The notes: generated from the letters alone by a model not told the origin. A DNA stretch of 32,000 nt from Nanobdella aerobiophila (GCF_023169545.1 NZ_AP019769.1:630001-662000), one strand, 5' to 3'; counted from the first letter of the stretch, positions 17,858-28,092 are shown. Made by a program: numbers and translations.

Positions 17858-18522
17858 AAGGTGTAATAAAGGAAAAGAAAATAGAAGCTATATTGGATAG
17901 AGAAATAAAGAATGCATTAAGAGGCAAATTAATAAGTAGAGTTCATTATTTAAAAGTTTCAATGGGAGATAAAGTCATAATATATTGTGCGAGACCTAGA
18001 CTAATACTTGGAAGATCGAATGAGAACTTAGCGATGATTAGAGAAATAGCTAAAAAAATAATAAATACAAATGACCCAATTATAGAAGTTTTACCAGTTG
18101 AGAACCCATTACTAGACTCCGAAATAGTAGCAGATCTAATAGCATCTCAAATAGAAAGATTTGGAAATAGAGCTGCTAGGAGGATAATACAGAAGATAAT
18201 GGAAGAAGTCTTAAATGCTGGTGCACTAGGTATAGAAATAAGAATAACAGGAAAGGTAATAGGAGATAGATCTTCTACAATAAGAGAACAAAAAGGATAT
18301 ATTAAAAAATCAGGAGAATTGAATAAAATAACTGGTAAAAGTATAAGATATGCTAAACTAACTTCCGGTACTATAGGAATACAGGTAAGGATATTAAGAT
18401 CTGGAGAGTTATTACCTGATAGAATAAATATAAAGGATATATCGGAAATAAATCCCGAAGAATTAGAAAAAATAGATCCTTCCTTACTAGAAAAATTAGC
18501 AAAGGATAATGGAGAACACTGA
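17839..18522 (+). CDS. Ribosomal protein S3 (uS3)
   Basis: KH domain VIIYCARPRLILGRSNENL; IASQIERFGNRAARRIIQKIMEEVLNAGALGIEIRITGKVIGDRS. Confidence 0.95.
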   Translation: MAAKNIEGVIKEKKIEAILDREIKNALRGKLISRVHYLKVSMGDKVIIYCARPRLILGRSNENLAMIREIAKKIINTNDPIIEVLPVENPLLDSEIVADLIASQIERFGNRAARRIIQKIMEEVLNAGALGIEIRITGKVIGDRSSTIREQKGYIKKSGELNKITGKSIRYAKLTSGTIGIQVRILRSGELLPDRINIKDISEINPEELEKIDPSLLEKLAKDNGEH

Positions 18523-19429
18523 ATGTATAGCCTTTTATAAACTATTTTTGACGAAGAATATAAATACAGATGGACGCCTCGTTTTAAACCTATCTCAGTA
18601 TCTCTGTTATATATTTAATAATGATATATACAAAATAATGGATAAAATTGAAAAATTTGATTTAGACGTCCTCATAGGTCACTTTAAAGATATTAGAGAG
18701 AATATCGAACAAATAAAGAGAATAATTAAAGATAAATATCCAGGTGAGGAGGCTGCAGAAGTATTAGAAACAAAATTAGAAGGATATGGATTAGAAGCTC
18801 TCAAAAGATCATTAAATTATGGGAAAAAGGTTTGTTTAACAGATATCCTAAATAAGCATTATAATCTAAACCTATATGCACACTCTAATATTGAATTTAT
18901 AATAGAAAAAGTCTTAGAGAGTGAAAAAACAAATATCTTTATAGAAACAAAAAGAGAAAATGAAGAATACATAAGATATATAAAGGTAAACAAGGAACTT
19001 TTAGAAGTTTCGACACAAAAAAAATCTTTTAGTTATATAAATAAATATAAATTACCAAGAAAAGAATTTCTAGATAATGAAACTTCTTTTATTATATCTA
19101 TATTTTTATACTATAAAGGCATAAAACCTCCCGAGTATATAAATGATATGGCAATAAAATATATAAAAGAAAATAATATATCCAAAGCATTGATTTGCAT
19201 TTATAATAATAAAGATTATAAATCTCTAAAAAATAAAAGAGTCTTAATAGAAGACATCAATACACATATTAAAGTAATAGATATAATAAGAACATATGAA
19301 AAGATTATCAATGGTATATATCGTTTTTTGGAGGATAATCTATCAACCATTAAAAAAATATCAACAGAGGAAATAGAGGAAAAACAAAAAACAATAGAAT
19401 ATTATCTATATTCAATGCGAGAAGGTTAA
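18509..19429 (+). CDS. Hypothetical protein (up to 306 aa; start may be the internal ATG near 18638)
   Basis: Long ORF. The segment from MDKIEKFDLDVLIGHFKD... looks like a natural N-terminus preceded by TATA-like sequence. No family recognised. Confidence 0.65.
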   Translation: MENTECIAFYKLFLTKNINTDGRLVLNLSQYLCYIFNNDIYKIMDKIEKFDLDVLIGHFKDIRENIEQIKRIIKDKYPGEEAAEVLETKLEGYGLEALKRSLNYGKKVCLTDILNKHYNLNLYAHSNIEFIIEKVLESEKTNIFIETKRENEEYIRYIKVNKELLEVSTQKKSFSYINKYKLPRKEFLDNETSFIISIFLYYKGIKPPEYINDMAIKYIKENNISKALICIYNNKDYKSLKNKRVLIEDINTHIKVIDIIRTYEKIINGIYRFLEDNLSTIKKISTEEIEEKQKTIEYYLYSMREG

Positions 19430-20661
19430 GATCCGTACATAATATATTTTCCTAATTTATCAAGATATATTTTTATTATATCTGTTCCTTTTAATCTTCC
19501 TAAAGTACCTTTTACACACTTTCTTTCAGAAAAATTCTTTACAAACCCATATCTATTATTTTCATAATTTAATATTACTGGAACAGGATCCGAAATATGT
19601 CTACCAAGTATTGATGATGTAGAGTGATCTCCCGTAATCAATATTAGATCAAAGTTATCAACCAGCTTTGGTATTAATTCTCTATCTATTCTTTCTATAA
19701 ACTTCTTTTTTTCCAGTGGTTTCTTATCATGAGATAAAGAATCTGTTCCTTTTATGTGTATAAATACAATATCATATTTTTCCTTTAAACTGACTGCAGC
19801 TTCAGAAAAAGAGAATAAATTTTCATTTGATGTACCATTTGTACCTAGTGGTTTATATGTATCCATCCCAACATATTTAGCCACACCCAGATACATTGGA
19901 GGATTTGCTAGGAATATAGATTTCACTCCATATCTATTATAAAATTTGTCTTCTTTATCTAGTTCTTTATATTTCGACGCAGATCTTATCAATAAATAAT
20001 TTATAACTGGAATATTCTTTTCTTTTCTCATTTTATTTATATTGTTGTTATTGGCAAAACTATTAAAATCCTGTATCAATTTATTTAATACTTCTGCAGT
20101 TTCTTTAGCTTTATCTTCTTTATATAATATTTTAGGTACCTTTACATTTTCTTCATGTAAATCATTATCTGTAACTTTTTCAGATTCTAACCCCCTTATA
20201 ACTAGTACTCCTCTATGTTCTACACCATGCTTTATTATAATATTTATCCCATATTCTTTCTCTATTTTTTCTTTTATAGATTCAAAATCTTTTAATAACT
20301 CTTCCAGTCCAAAATCATTTCTACCAATTCTTCTATCTATAATTACACCATTATCTACAGTTGAAAAATCTAATCTAAAAGCTATATCGCCTTCTTTTAA
20401 CTCAATATCCGATCCTAAAGCTTCGAATATGCCTCTGCCTCTATAATATTTCTCTACTTCATAACCAAATAATGATAGATGACCAGTATCACTACCTGGA
20501 ACCAAACCTGGCCCAACTGTATCTAGAACACCTGCTTCAGAATATTTAATCAATTTATCAATATTCTCTTTTTTTGCGGCTTCTAAAGGTGTTTTATTAT
20601 TTAACTGCTTATTTACTTGATCACCCAATCCATCTAATATAATAAATACTCCATTTACCAT
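19426..20661 (-). CDS. apgM: Archaeal-type 2,3-bisphosphoglycerate-independent phosphoglycerate mutase
   Basis: FIILDGLGD, GLVPGSDTGHLSLFGY, FRLDFSTVDNGVIIDRRIGR, THIKGTDSLSHD-like (VFIHIKGTDSLSHD), LILTGDHSTSS. Confidence 0.93.
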   Translation of the reverse strand: MVNGVFIILDGLGDQVNKQLNNKTPLEAAKKENIDKLIKYSEAGVLDTVGPGLVPGSDTGHLSLFGYEVEKYYRGRGIFEALGSDIELKEGDIAFRLDFSTVDNGVIIDRRIGRNDFGLEELLKDFESIKEKIEKEYGINIIIKHGVEHRGVLVIRGLESEKVTDNDLHEENVKVPKILYKEDKAKETAEVLNKLIQDFNSFANNNNINKMRKEKNIPVINYLLIRSASKYKELDKEDKFYNRYGVKSIFLANPPMYLGVAKYVGMDTYKPLGTNGTSNENLFSFSEAAVSLKEKYDIVFIHIKGTDSLSHDKKPLEKKKFIERIDRELIPKLVDNFDLILITGDHSTSSILGRHISDPVPVILNYENNRYGFVKNFSERKCVKGTLGRLKGTDIIKIYLDKLGKYIMYGS

Positions 20662-20710
20662 ATCAAAATAAAAACCTTTATTATTTATAGATATAAATAT
20701 TTATAAATAT

Positions 20711-20795
20711 GCGGCGATGCCCGAGTTGGACAAAGGGGATGGACTCAAGATCCATTGGAGTAGATCCGTCAGGGGTTCAAATCCCCTTCGCCGCA
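20711..20795 (+). tRNA. tRNA-Leu (CAA)
   Basis: GCGGCGATGCCCGAGTTGGACAAAGGGGATGGACTCAAGATCCATTGGAGTAGATCCGTCAGGGGTTCAAATCCCCTTCGCCGCA. Class II long variable arm, loop C-U-CAA-G-A, 7-bp acceptor. Confidence 0.95.
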
Positions 20796-21348
20796 TTATT
20801 ATATGGACTATCATTATAGATAAATATCTCCACTCTTAACTGAAATTTTCTGCTTCTTCTAGAAAATATATTATATACCAGATTTCATATCTCCATAGAG
20901 AATTCTCAATTTACTATCTAACTATATTTTCACATTTATCAGGTACTTGAAGTATTTTTGAGTCTCCCCCAATACCCTAGCTCTACTAGTCTTACAGAAT
21001 ATATAGTTCATAAATTTCCTTCACACAATGTCTTCCACATATTAGCTTGTCATATATTAAATTATAGATAATTATGCAGATTTACTTCTATATAACTACT
21101 TGTGAATAACTTCATTTATATAGATCTATTTATAAACTATTCCAGTAAGATTTATATATTTTATTTATAAATTTTTCTAATAGAAAACTTTATATTTACC
21201 AAAAGCGTATCATAATATGTCCGATTATTTTTATAGAAAATTTTATATAAAAGATATATAAAGAAAGAATTAATCATAAAAAATAAATCTTATAAAGAGT
21301 ATTACCTTTCAATCATTATACGTTAAATAATATTTATTAAACCGTATA

Positions 21349-21420
21349 TGGACCCGCCGGGATTTGAACCCGGGATCCCCGGCTTGCAAGGCCGATATCC
21401 TACCGCTAGACTACGGGCCC
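21349..21420 (-). tRNA. tRNA-Ala (TGC)
   Basis: GGGCCCGTAGTCTAGCGGTAGGATATCGGCCTTGCAAGCCGGGGATCCCGGGTTCAAATCCCGGCGGGTCCA. G3:U70 identity pair, loop CU-UGC-AA. Confidence 0.96.
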
Positions 21421-21462
21421 ATTATAAAAATATAAATATTTAACTTTTAAACTTATAAAAAA

Positions 21463-24207
21463 TTATGCCAAGATACATTCGGACCAGCCGCAATCTAAAC
21501 AGGTAATACATCCACCCTCATGCTTTAATCTTACACTTTTACAAACAGGGCAATTATCTGTAGATATATTATCATTAAAATTATTATTATTATTTAATTC
21601 CAACTTTCTAATTTCTAAATTTATTTTTATATCCCCAATATTCATCTCTGTATACCATTTTGGTAAATCTATCTTAAAGCTTTTTAATATACTTATAGTT
21701 TTATTCTCTATTTTTCCTTCCCTAATTAACCTAAAGTAATCCTTAAATCTCGATTTTGTTGCTTCCGCAGGTGCATAATATACTTGTACAGACTTTGAAC
21801 CATCTCTATATATTGTAATTCCCTTACATCCCACTTTATATGCAAATAAATAAGCTAAATATATATCTTCAGATGTTGCCCAGCTTGGCATATTTATTGT
21901 CTTAGATATTGATGTTGTTATCCATATCTGTGCTACTGCTTGCGCTCTAATATGGTCCCACCATGGTAGATCTAATGCTGTAATAAATATCGCCTTTAAA
22001 TCATCTGGTATTGAATCTATATTATATAAACTACCTCCATTATCAGATATTTGCTTCAAAATTTCTTCTTTATATAAACCCTTCTCCTTTAACTGTCTTT
22101 CAAATTCTATATCCACATAGAAATAATTACCTGCAGTAACTCTTTTTTCATATACTAAAGAATATGCAGGTTCTATACCAGAAGAAGTTTCTACTAGCAT
22201 AGAAATAGAACCTGTTGGTGCTATCGAAGTAACTTCTACATTTCTTATACCATTTTCCAATATTTCATTCCTTATCTTTTCCCAATCTAGATTCCATAAT
22301 TCTTTGTGGTAATATCCATCTACTGGCATCTCTCCATCTTTATAAGATGTTTCGTTATATTTTGGAAATACACCCCTTTCCTTTGCCCTATATATAGATT
22401 CTTCCATTGAATAGTATGTTAAATATTCTGTAATTTTCATTAAGAGTCTGTATCCTTCTTCTGATGAGTAAGGTATTTTTAGAGCAAATAATGCATCAGC
22501 TAAACCCATATAACCTAATCCAACTCTTCTTACTGCCTTAGAAGATTCTTCTATCTCTTTTAATGGATATTTATTCATATCTATTACATTATCCAAAAAT
22601 CTGTACGACCATCTTATAGTTTCTATATACTTATCCCAATTGAATTCCGCTTTTCCATCTTTAAATTCTATCATTGCATATAAATTAATTGATCCTAAAT
22701 TACAAGACTCATATGGATATAAAGGTTGTTCTCCACATGGATTGGTTGCTCTTATTGGACCTCTATATTTATATTGCATATTTCTTTTATTTATATTATC
22801 CATAAATAAACATCCAGGATCTGCTTTTTCCCATGCTACATAAGAAATCTCCGATAATAGTTGTTTTGGATCTATATAGTTTACTATTACTTCCTTATCA
22901 ACTTTATCTATATCAAAGCCTTGTTCGTCTGGAAATTTTATATTGTGTTTCCTTAATAATCTTGGATTTAATAATGGATATGGTTTATTTTCTGCCAGAT
23001 AATTCCAAAAATTCGAATCAAACATTACAGATATATTAAAATTTTCTAATACTCCTTCTTTCTCTTTAGCATGTACAAACTTCATAATATCTGGATGCCA
23101 AGATTCGATTATCCCCATATTTGCACCTCTCCTTTTGCCACCTTGCTTAACTACATCTGTAACTGTATCAATTATTTTCATAAAAGATATTGGACCTGAA
23201 GCTATTCCACCTGTGGACCCTACAACATCACCTTCAGGTCTTAATTTAGAATAATTTATTCCTATACCCCCACCTGACTTAAATATCATTGCCGCATCTG
23301 TAGCAGACTTCATAATAGAAGCCATATCATCATCTATATCCAATACAAAACATGCTGATAATTGCCCCAATCTTGCACCGGCATTAAATAGTGTAGGTGA
23401 ATTTGGCATAAATTTCTTAGAAGCCATTAAATCAAAATATTTCAGATAGTTCTCATAGTATTGATCAAAATCTCCATTATTTAACCTTTTTATAAATTCT
23501 GACCATGAAATCTTCATATGCCCCCTCTCATTTAAATAATCATAAAGATATTTCATTCTTTCAAGATGATATTTATTCCACTTTAATTTATAAGAATTTC
23601 CTTGTTTTTTTAGCCCAATCTCTCCTTCTTCTAGATTCAATTCTTCTTTTGGTTTTATATCTTGCTTTCCAGATTTGTCATATATCCTTTCATCATACAA
23701 TATATCTGGTATTACTATCAATGCTGCGACCCTTTCAAACATTTGTTTAGGTCCTTCTAATATTTGTAATTTCTCGTCTTTTAATAGATATCTATTTACC
23801 ATTAACCTTATTGAATTCAGAGAATATTTCTTCGCTACTTCCTCTTCATAAAAGCTTCCTAATAAATTTATTTTTTCTTTTCTTATATTCTCTTTCTCTT
23901 TTCTATAAGTTATGTATGCTTTTGCCACTTCATATAAATCAAATTTAACCAGAGTTAATTCTACAATATCTTGTATTTCTTCAACAGAAGGGATAGAATT
24001 TCCATCATATTTATTTTCTATAATATTTAATATATAATCTAATATCTTGTCTAGAGTTTCTTTATCATATCTTTTTGTCGCTCTCATAGCTTTCTCAATA
24101 GCATTATATATTCTTTTTGGATCGAATTCATCTATTCTTCCATCCCTTTTTCTAATCTTTTTTACCGATATATTTGAAAAATTTTTTTGACTAAAATTGT
24201 TTTCCAT
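21463..24207 (-). CDS. nrdJ: Adenosylcobalamin-dependent (class II) ribonucleoside-diphosphate reductase with N-terminal ATP-cone
   Basis: ATP-cone VKKIRKRDGRIDEFDPKRIYNAIEKAM; MPNSPTLFNAG, SACFVLDI, GGGIGINYSKLRP, NPCGEQPL, SIAPTGSISM; C-terminal Cys-rich CPVCKSVRLKHEGGCITCLDCGWSEC. Confidence 0.95.
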   Translation of the reverse strand: MENNFSQKNFSNISVKKIRKRDGRIDEFDPKRIYNAIEKAMRATKRYDKETLDKILDYILNIIENKYDGNSIPSVEEIQDIVELTLVKFDLYEVAKAYITYRKEKENIRKEKINLLGSFYEEEVAKKYSLNSIRLMVNRYLLKDEKLQILEGPKQMFERVAALIVIPDILYDERIYDKSGKQDIKPKEELNLEEGEIGLKKQGNSYKLKWNKYHLERMKYLYDYLNERGHMKISWSEFIKRLNNGDFDQYYENYLKYFDLMASKKFMPNSPTLFNAGARLGQLSACFVLDIDDDMASIMKSATDAAMIFKSGGGIGINYSKLRPEGDVVGSTGGIASGPISFMKIIDTVTDVVKQGGKRRGANMGIIESWHPDIMKFVHAKEKEGVLENFNISVMFDSNFWNYLAENKPYPLLNPRLLRKHNIKFPDEQGFDIDKVDKEVIVNYIDPKQLLSEISYVAWEKADPGCLFMDNINKRNMQYKYRGPIRATNPCGEQPLYPYESCNLGSINLYAMIEFKDGKAEFNWDKYIETIRWSYRFLDNVIDMNKYPLKEIEESSKAVRRVGLGYMGLADALFALKIPYSSEEGYRLLMKITEYLTYYSMEESIYRAKERGVFPKYNETSYKDGEMPVDGYYHKELWNLDWEKIRNEILENGIRNVEVTSIAPTGSISMLVETSSGIEPAYSLVYEKRVTAGNYFYVDIEFERQLKEKGLYKEEILKQISDNGGSLYNIDSIPDDLKAIFITALDLPWWDHIRAQAVAQIWITTSISKTINMPSWATSEDIYLAYLFAYKVGCKGITIYRDGSKSVQVYYAPAEATKSRFKDYFRLIREGKIENKTISILKSFKIDLPKWYTEMNIGDIKINLEIRKLELNNNNNFNDNISTDNCPVCKSVRLKHEGGCITCLDCGWSECILA

Positions 24208-24316
24208 TCACAAGACTTTCAAAAAATCTTTATATAATTTTAATTTATAAGCTCCTATAAATAATCAGAAACACGAATATAAAAGCTATTTTATGTTTAT
24301 CTATTGATTAGTAACA

Positions 24317-24934
24317 CTAATACAAAACTTTTACATGACCTTTACATATATTTATTAATTTTACTTCTCTAGCTACATTTAAAACTTTTGCATTATTTAT
24401 TATCTCCTCTAATCCACCCGTTTCATGCATATGTCCATGGATATTTAATATTACTTTATTATTATTTTTAATAAAATTCATTAATTCTTTACTTCCAGAT
24501 ATATTTAATGAAGACATAGTACCAAAAGGCGGTTCATGAGATAATATAATAATATATTTATCATTAAAATTTATAGTACTTAAGAATTTTTTAATTTCTT
24601 CTTCCTGTATCATGAATATTGGAACATCTGCCCCACCAAATGCTGCAATTAATAAATTATCTCTATATATTTTTTTCATATGCAGGTTCTTAATATTGTA
24701 CTTCTCCATTAAATTAATATTATCATATGTATCATGATTACCTGGTATTATAAATATTTTATCTTTGTTTATATGTTCTGTTAATAATTTAATAATTTTT
24801 CTATTCAGATATCCTGTATCAGAAATATCACCTAGCAAAAATATATAATCTACATTATTCTTCTTATACAATTCTATTATCTTATATATAATTCGGATAT
24901 CATTATGTATATCTGATGATACAATTATATTCAT
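24317..24934 (-). CDS. Calcineurin-like metallophosphoesterase
   Basis: MNIIVSSDIHND, FLLGDISD, FIIPGNHDTYD, IILSHEPPFG, NIHGHMHETGG. Confidence 0.92.
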   Translation of the reverse strand: MNIIVSSDIHNDIRIIYKIIELYKKNNVDYIFLLGDISDTGYLNRKIIKLLTEHINKDKIFIIPGNHDTYDNINLMEKYNIKNLHMKKIYRDNLLIAAFGGADVPIFMIQEEEIKKFLSTINFNDKYIIILSHEPPFGTMSSLNISGSKELMNFIKNNNKVILNIHGHMHETGGLEEIINNAKVLNVAREVKLINICKGHVKVLY

Positions 24935-25878
24935 ATAAAAAGATTATCCTTAGTTTTTATATATTTTATTAAATATTCTTTTAATTCTTCATAATTAGTA
25001 AAATACTTATATTTTATCTTATCTCTTATATATTGAATTATCTTATTTTCTCTATCTGTAAACAAATCTGATTTAGAAAAATAAATAATTAATTCCTTGT
25101 CTAATATCTTTCTTATGCTCTTAAGGACATTTAACTGCTCTTTTATACTAAAACCAGATGTACCAGTTATATCTATAACATATATTATTAAATTTGCTAG
25201 ATAATTTAGTGCTAATATAGACTTTCTTTCTATATAATTTAATTCTTCTATATCTCTATCTAATATACCTGGTGTATCTATAATTTGAATCTTAAAATAT
25301 GGGGTATCTATATATCCCAGCATTAAATCTTTTGTAGTAAAAGGATATTGATCAATTTTTACTTTAGAACCTGTTAAATTCTTTAATAAGGTACTTTTAC
25401 CAACATTTGGCAAACCTGCAATAACAACAGTTGGGTAGTTCTTAATATCTGGTAAATTACTCCTAAATTTTTCATAATTCTTATAATAATTAAATATTTT
25501 TTTATTTCTCTTAATAATACTTGATATTCTACCATAATATTCTTTCAAATATTTATAAGATTGCTCTCTATCTTTTATATTTCTTAATTTCTTATTATAT
25601 TCTTTAAATATATTCCTAATAAATTTCCTTAAATAACCAATTCTTGACCTTAGTTTTTTAATATTTATTTCTGGCATAATTAATGAATATAACTCCTCAT
25701 AAAATTTATTAGAAGGATCTATAATATTATTATATATTTTTTCTAATCTTGAATCTAAATATTGATAAACAACTTCTGCTTTTTTTATATTTCTTTCTCT
25801 AAAATCATATATTGATAAGGTATCTCTCTTCGCTCTTCTAAATGCATTACCTAAAAATTCTTCAAAAAAACTATGCAT
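24931..25878 (-). CDS. Nog1-like GTP-binding protein
   Basis: Long helical N-terminus; G1 VVIAGLPNVGKSTLLKNLTGS, G2 YPFTTKDLMLGYI, G3 IIDTPGILDR, SKSD. Confidence 0.88.
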   Translation of the reverse strand: MHSFFEEFLGNAFRRAKRDTLSIYDFRERNIKKAEVVYQYLDSRLEKIYNNIIDPSNKFYEELYSLIMPEINIKKLRSRIGYLRKFIRNIFKEYNKKLRNIKDREQSYKYLKEYYGRISSIIKRNKKIFNYYKNYEKFRSNLPDIKNYPTVVIAGLPNVGKSTLLKNLTGSKVKIDQYPFTTKDLMLGYIDTPYFKIQIIDTPGILDRDIEELNYIERKSILALNYLANLIIYVIDITGTSGFSIKEQLNVLKSIRKILDKELIIYFSKSDLFTDRENKIIQYIRDKIKYKYFTNYEELKEYLIKYIKTKDNLFI

Positions 25879-26307
25879 CTATTCTATATTTACCTTTTTT
25901 CCTGGCGTACCTGGTTTCTTATTTATCTCTATTTTTAGTACTCCATCTTCATATCTCGCCTTTATGCTATTTTCATCCGCATCTTCAGGTAATGTTATTA
26001 ATCTCTGATATGCAGAAAATATTCTTTCCGATCTGATATATCCTTCCTTTTCCTCTTTCTTTTCATTTTTTCTCTTTGCATGCACCTTTAATTTATTGTT
26101 TACAATTGATATATCTATATCCTTTTTATCCACACCTGGTAAGTCCATTTCAATTAAATATCTATCTCCCTTATCTATTAGATCCATTAATGGTTCTTCA
26201 TAATCTACATTAATTTTGTTATTTATTATAGACCCCATACCTTTCATAAATCTCCTCATTAATCTCAGTTGCCTTTTCCATTCCCTATCAAATATGTCGT
26301 CATCCAT
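25879..26307 (-). CDS. Small heat shock protein, Hsp20/alpha-crystallin family
   Basis: DRYLIEMDLPGVDKKDIDISIVNNKLKVHAKRK...YQRLITLPEDADENSIKARYEDGVLKIEINKK. Confidence 0.95.
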   Translation of the reverse strand: MDDDIFDREWKRQLRLMRRFMKGMGSIINNKINVDYEEPLMDLIDKGDRYLIEMDLPGVDKKDIDISIVNNKLKVHAKRKNEKKEEKEGYIRSERIFSAYQRLITLPEDADENSIKARYEDGVLKIEINKKPGTPGKKVNIE

Positions 26308-26338
26308 ATTTATATATTCGAAAAAATTAATTTAAGTA

Positions 26339-27199
26339 TTATTTATAAGATAATAATGAAAAATAATCTACAACATTGATTTCTGACCCATTTATTTCTG
26401 AAGAACTTATATGGCTATATAAATCAAATTTTCTATCAAATAATTTATTATATTCTATGAAGATTATAAATGGATATTTTCCACAAAAAACAAGACTATT
26501 AGTGTTTTTATATATAAAATTAGAATCAAGATTAATAATTTTATTTATATAATAATTATCTTCATCTTTTATGTTCTCTGTAATATTTTTCTCATATTTT
26601 ATATAACTGTATTCTGGACCGTGGTGCAATAGATTTCCAGTAAATAATACAAATATTTTCCTCCCCAACTCCTCTGAGATTTCTTTTAATACCTTGGCAA
26701 ATTGCTGAGCCTTATCTATATCTATTTTCTTAACTAATATCGTTAATATCTTTATATCATTAAATAAATACCTTATTATTGGTAGATTTACTTGTACAGA
26801 ATGTTCATATTTAAATGGCAGTGGATCTTCATATATATCAAAACTATTAATTAATTTTCTACCAAATAATATATCTGTTTTTAATGTTCCTATACTTGTA
26901 TACCAATCATCCAATAATAATGATAAGCTTATACCCAGATTACTATGATTTGGCCCTATGATTACTAATGTATCGAAATTGAAATTCTCATATATATCTT
27001 TATATAAATTTATAGAATTTGGCAATAAATAATTGTAGTTTGAATGTGGGACTATACCTGATATTATATCTTTTTCTTTCTTTATCTCTTTTGGTATATA
27101 TCCAGGACCATATTTTTTATTTAAAAATGAATACTCTATTAATGAAAGCAAATCTGATCTATCATTAGGATAAAAACCTCTTGAATTTATAAATATCAT
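26339..27199 (-). CDS. MEMO1-family (AMMECR1-linked) protein
   Basis: GIVPHSNYNY, TLVIIGPNHSNLG, LPIIRYLFNDIKILTILV, FTGNLLHHGP. Confidence 0.8.
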   Translation of the reverse strand: MIFINSRGFYPNDRSDLLSLIEYSFLNKKYGPGYIPKEIKKEKDIISGIVPHSNYNYLLPNSINLYKDIYENFNFDTLVIIGPNHSNLGISLSLLLDDWYTSIGTLKTDILFGRKLINSFDIYEDPLPFKYEHSVQVNLPIIRYLFNDIKILTILVKKIDIDKAQQFAKVLKEISEELGRKIFVLFTGNLLHHGPEYSYIKYEKNITENIKDEDNYYINKIINLDSNFIYKNTNSLVFCGKYPFIIFIEYNKLFDRKFDLYSHISSSEINGSEINVVDYFSLLSYK

Positions 27200-27250
27200 A
27201 AAAATCTATAGAAAAATTTATTTATTAATTTTTTTCTTTATCTTATTCTT

Positions 27251-28060
27251 ATGAAAATTGGTTTGGAGATACATCAGCAGATAAATACTAAAAACAAATT
27301 ATTCTGTAATTGTAATACAGATCTAAAAGAAGATTATAAATATAGAATTGAAAGAAAATTAAGAGCTACTTTGAGCGAAACTGGAAAAAAAGATATAGCA
27401 GCAGAATATGAAACAATAAAAGATAAAAAATATATATATGAATATGATAAAGATTATGCTTGTTTAGTAGAATTGGATGAAGAGCCTCCAAAATATATAA
27501 ATTTAGATGCATTAAAATTTGGAATATTAATTTCCACATATTTTAATATGTACATACCTAGAGTGTTACAAATTATGAGAAAAATTGTTGTAGACGGATC
27601 TAATACATCTGGTTTCCAGAGAACACTATTATTATCATTAGATGGAAAATTAAATTATAAAAATATAGGAATTGGAACTCTATGTATTGAAGAAGATGCA
27701 GCTAGAAAGATAGAAGAAAAAGATGATTATATAATATATAGGCTGGATAGATTAGGAATACCATTAATAGAGATATCTACAGATCCCGATATAAAGGATC
27801 CAAAAGAAGCAAAAGAAGTAGCCGAATATATTGGATTAATATTAAGGCTATCTGGAAAAGTAAAAAGGGGTTTAGGAACGATAAGACAAGATCTAAATGT
27901 TTCAATAGAAGGAGGGAATAAGGTAGAGATAAAAGGTGTACAGAACTTAAAAATCATTGATAAAATTGTAGACCTTGAAGCAAAAAGACAAGAAAAAATT
28001 TTAGAACTAATAAATATTGCTAAAGAAAGAGGCATAGAAGGATATGTATTAGAAGAATAG
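27251..28060 (+). CDS. gatE: Glu-tRNA(Gln) amidotransferase subunit E, N-terminal part only (269 aa)
   Basis: MKIGLEIHQQINTKNKLFCNC, VELDEEPPKYINLDALK, MRKIVVDGSNTSGFQRT, YRLDRLGIPLIEISTDPDI, VKRGLGTIRQDLNVSIEGGNKVEIKGVQ. Ends far short of full-length GatE. Confidence 0.88.
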   Translation: MKIGLEIHQQINTKNKLFCNCNTDLKEDYKYRIERKLRATLSETGKKDIAAEYETIKDKKYIYEYDKDYACLVELDEEPPKYINLDALKFGILISTYFNMYIPRVLQIMRKIVVDGSNTSGFQRTLLLSLDGKLNYKNIGIGTLCIEEDAARKIEEKDDYIIYRLDRLGIPLIEISTDPDIKDPKEAKEVAEYIGLILRLSGKVKRGLGTIRQDLNVSIEGGNKVEIKGVQNLKIIDKIVDLEAKRQEKILELINIAKERGIEGYVLEE

Positions 28061-28092
28061 ACTTATATTTTTTAATAAATTTTATTTAAAAT

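Noticed and set aside
19754-20446. ORFs 19754..19942(+) and 20042..20446(+)
   Set aside because: Antisense to apgM.
22640-23750. ORFs 22640..22843, 22833..23039, 23505..23750 (+)
   Set aside because: Antisense to the ribonucleotide reductase.
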